Positions 63,828-64,000 of a stretch of DNA of 64,000 bases are shown one piece after another. The position numbers were made by a program, and so were the translations under genes. Under the pieces are notes generated by a model. The model did no database searches, had not been told where the DNA came from, and worked only from the letters and a program-made list of their open reading frames with translations. Numbering within the stretch: position 1 is the first letter of the stretch; every line of letters starts with the position of its first letter. Source of the DNA: Candidatus Nomurabacteria bacterium RIFCSPLOWO2_01_FULL_42_17 (GTDB taxonomy: Bacteria > Patescibacteriota > Minisyncoccia > Phycocordibacterales > UBA9973); contig MFVE01000002.1 of the NCBI GenBank assembly GCA_001785985.1, positions 28,600 to 92,599 on the forward strand, in the 5' to 3' direction.

Positions 63828-64000
63828 ACTTAGAAACAATCTCGTCAACAACATCTGCGAGTGGACGGTCAGTGTTTATGGAAATGGCACCCTTGTTTAA
63901 TATATCTTTTTCGAAATCTTTATACCAACCTAATATCATCTCTTTTTCTGAATTATGCTTCCCAAAATCATGGCTCGTTCTTTCTGTAATTCTTTTAATA
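63828..64000 (-). CDS. C-terminal fragment of a protein (nucleotide-kinase-like tail) running off the window
   Basis: The reverse complement translates to ...ILGWYKDFEKDILNKGAISINTDRPLADVVDEIVSKF*. Confidence 0.25.

Overview
This is a low-GC window with tightly packed genes, mostly without Shine-Dalgarno sequences, that looks like a small reduced genome of Patescibacteria/CPR type (inference from content: DUF377/GH130 glycosidases, gatCA, many small secreted and membrane proteins).

Core housekeeping genes:
- dnaE, pth, lepB, hisS, the def-fmt operon, hpf, msrAB, secG, rnj, pyrG, ftsEX, prfB, gatCA, htpX, secDF
- RNase P RNA
- tRNAs Asn, Ala, Gln, 2x Thr, Met

Metabolic and envelope loci:
- a GC-rich polyamine cluster (DHS-like, aguB, aguA) followed by a small PLP-dependent decarboxylase
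- three tandem GH130 domains plus cupin, HAD and HldE-like nucleotidyltransferase genes
- otsA-otsB, with a membrane-anchored OtsA

Toxin-antitoxin and mobile elements:
- higBA-like and mazEF toxin-antitoxin pairs
- a RAYT (IS200-like Y1 transposase) bracketed by REP hairpins
- a DUF559 nuclease gene bracketed by a palindromic repeat family, one copy of which sits in frame inside def

The most unusual region is 49.4-54.8 kb. It holds a Fic-toxin island of four genes, each preceded by the same roughly 19-bp motif, lying between tRNA-Thr genes and a tRNA cluster. In that cluster, tRNA-Asp and an initiator-like tRNA-Met each carry a roughly 220-nt group I intron in the anticodon loop. A free-standing double-motif LAGLIDADG homing endonuclease gene lies between them. 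A 22-nt duplicate of the tRNA-Asp 3' end (att-like) lies nearby.

Other notable observations:
- a tandem 9-mer motif (ATAAAGTT) dispersed at six gene junctions
- a Cas2-like orphan ORF flanked by roughly 30-bp direct repeats
- two long-stem hairpins
- a G8 tract in the rnj 5' extension
- a truncated retropepsin-like gene

No CRISPR array was found.
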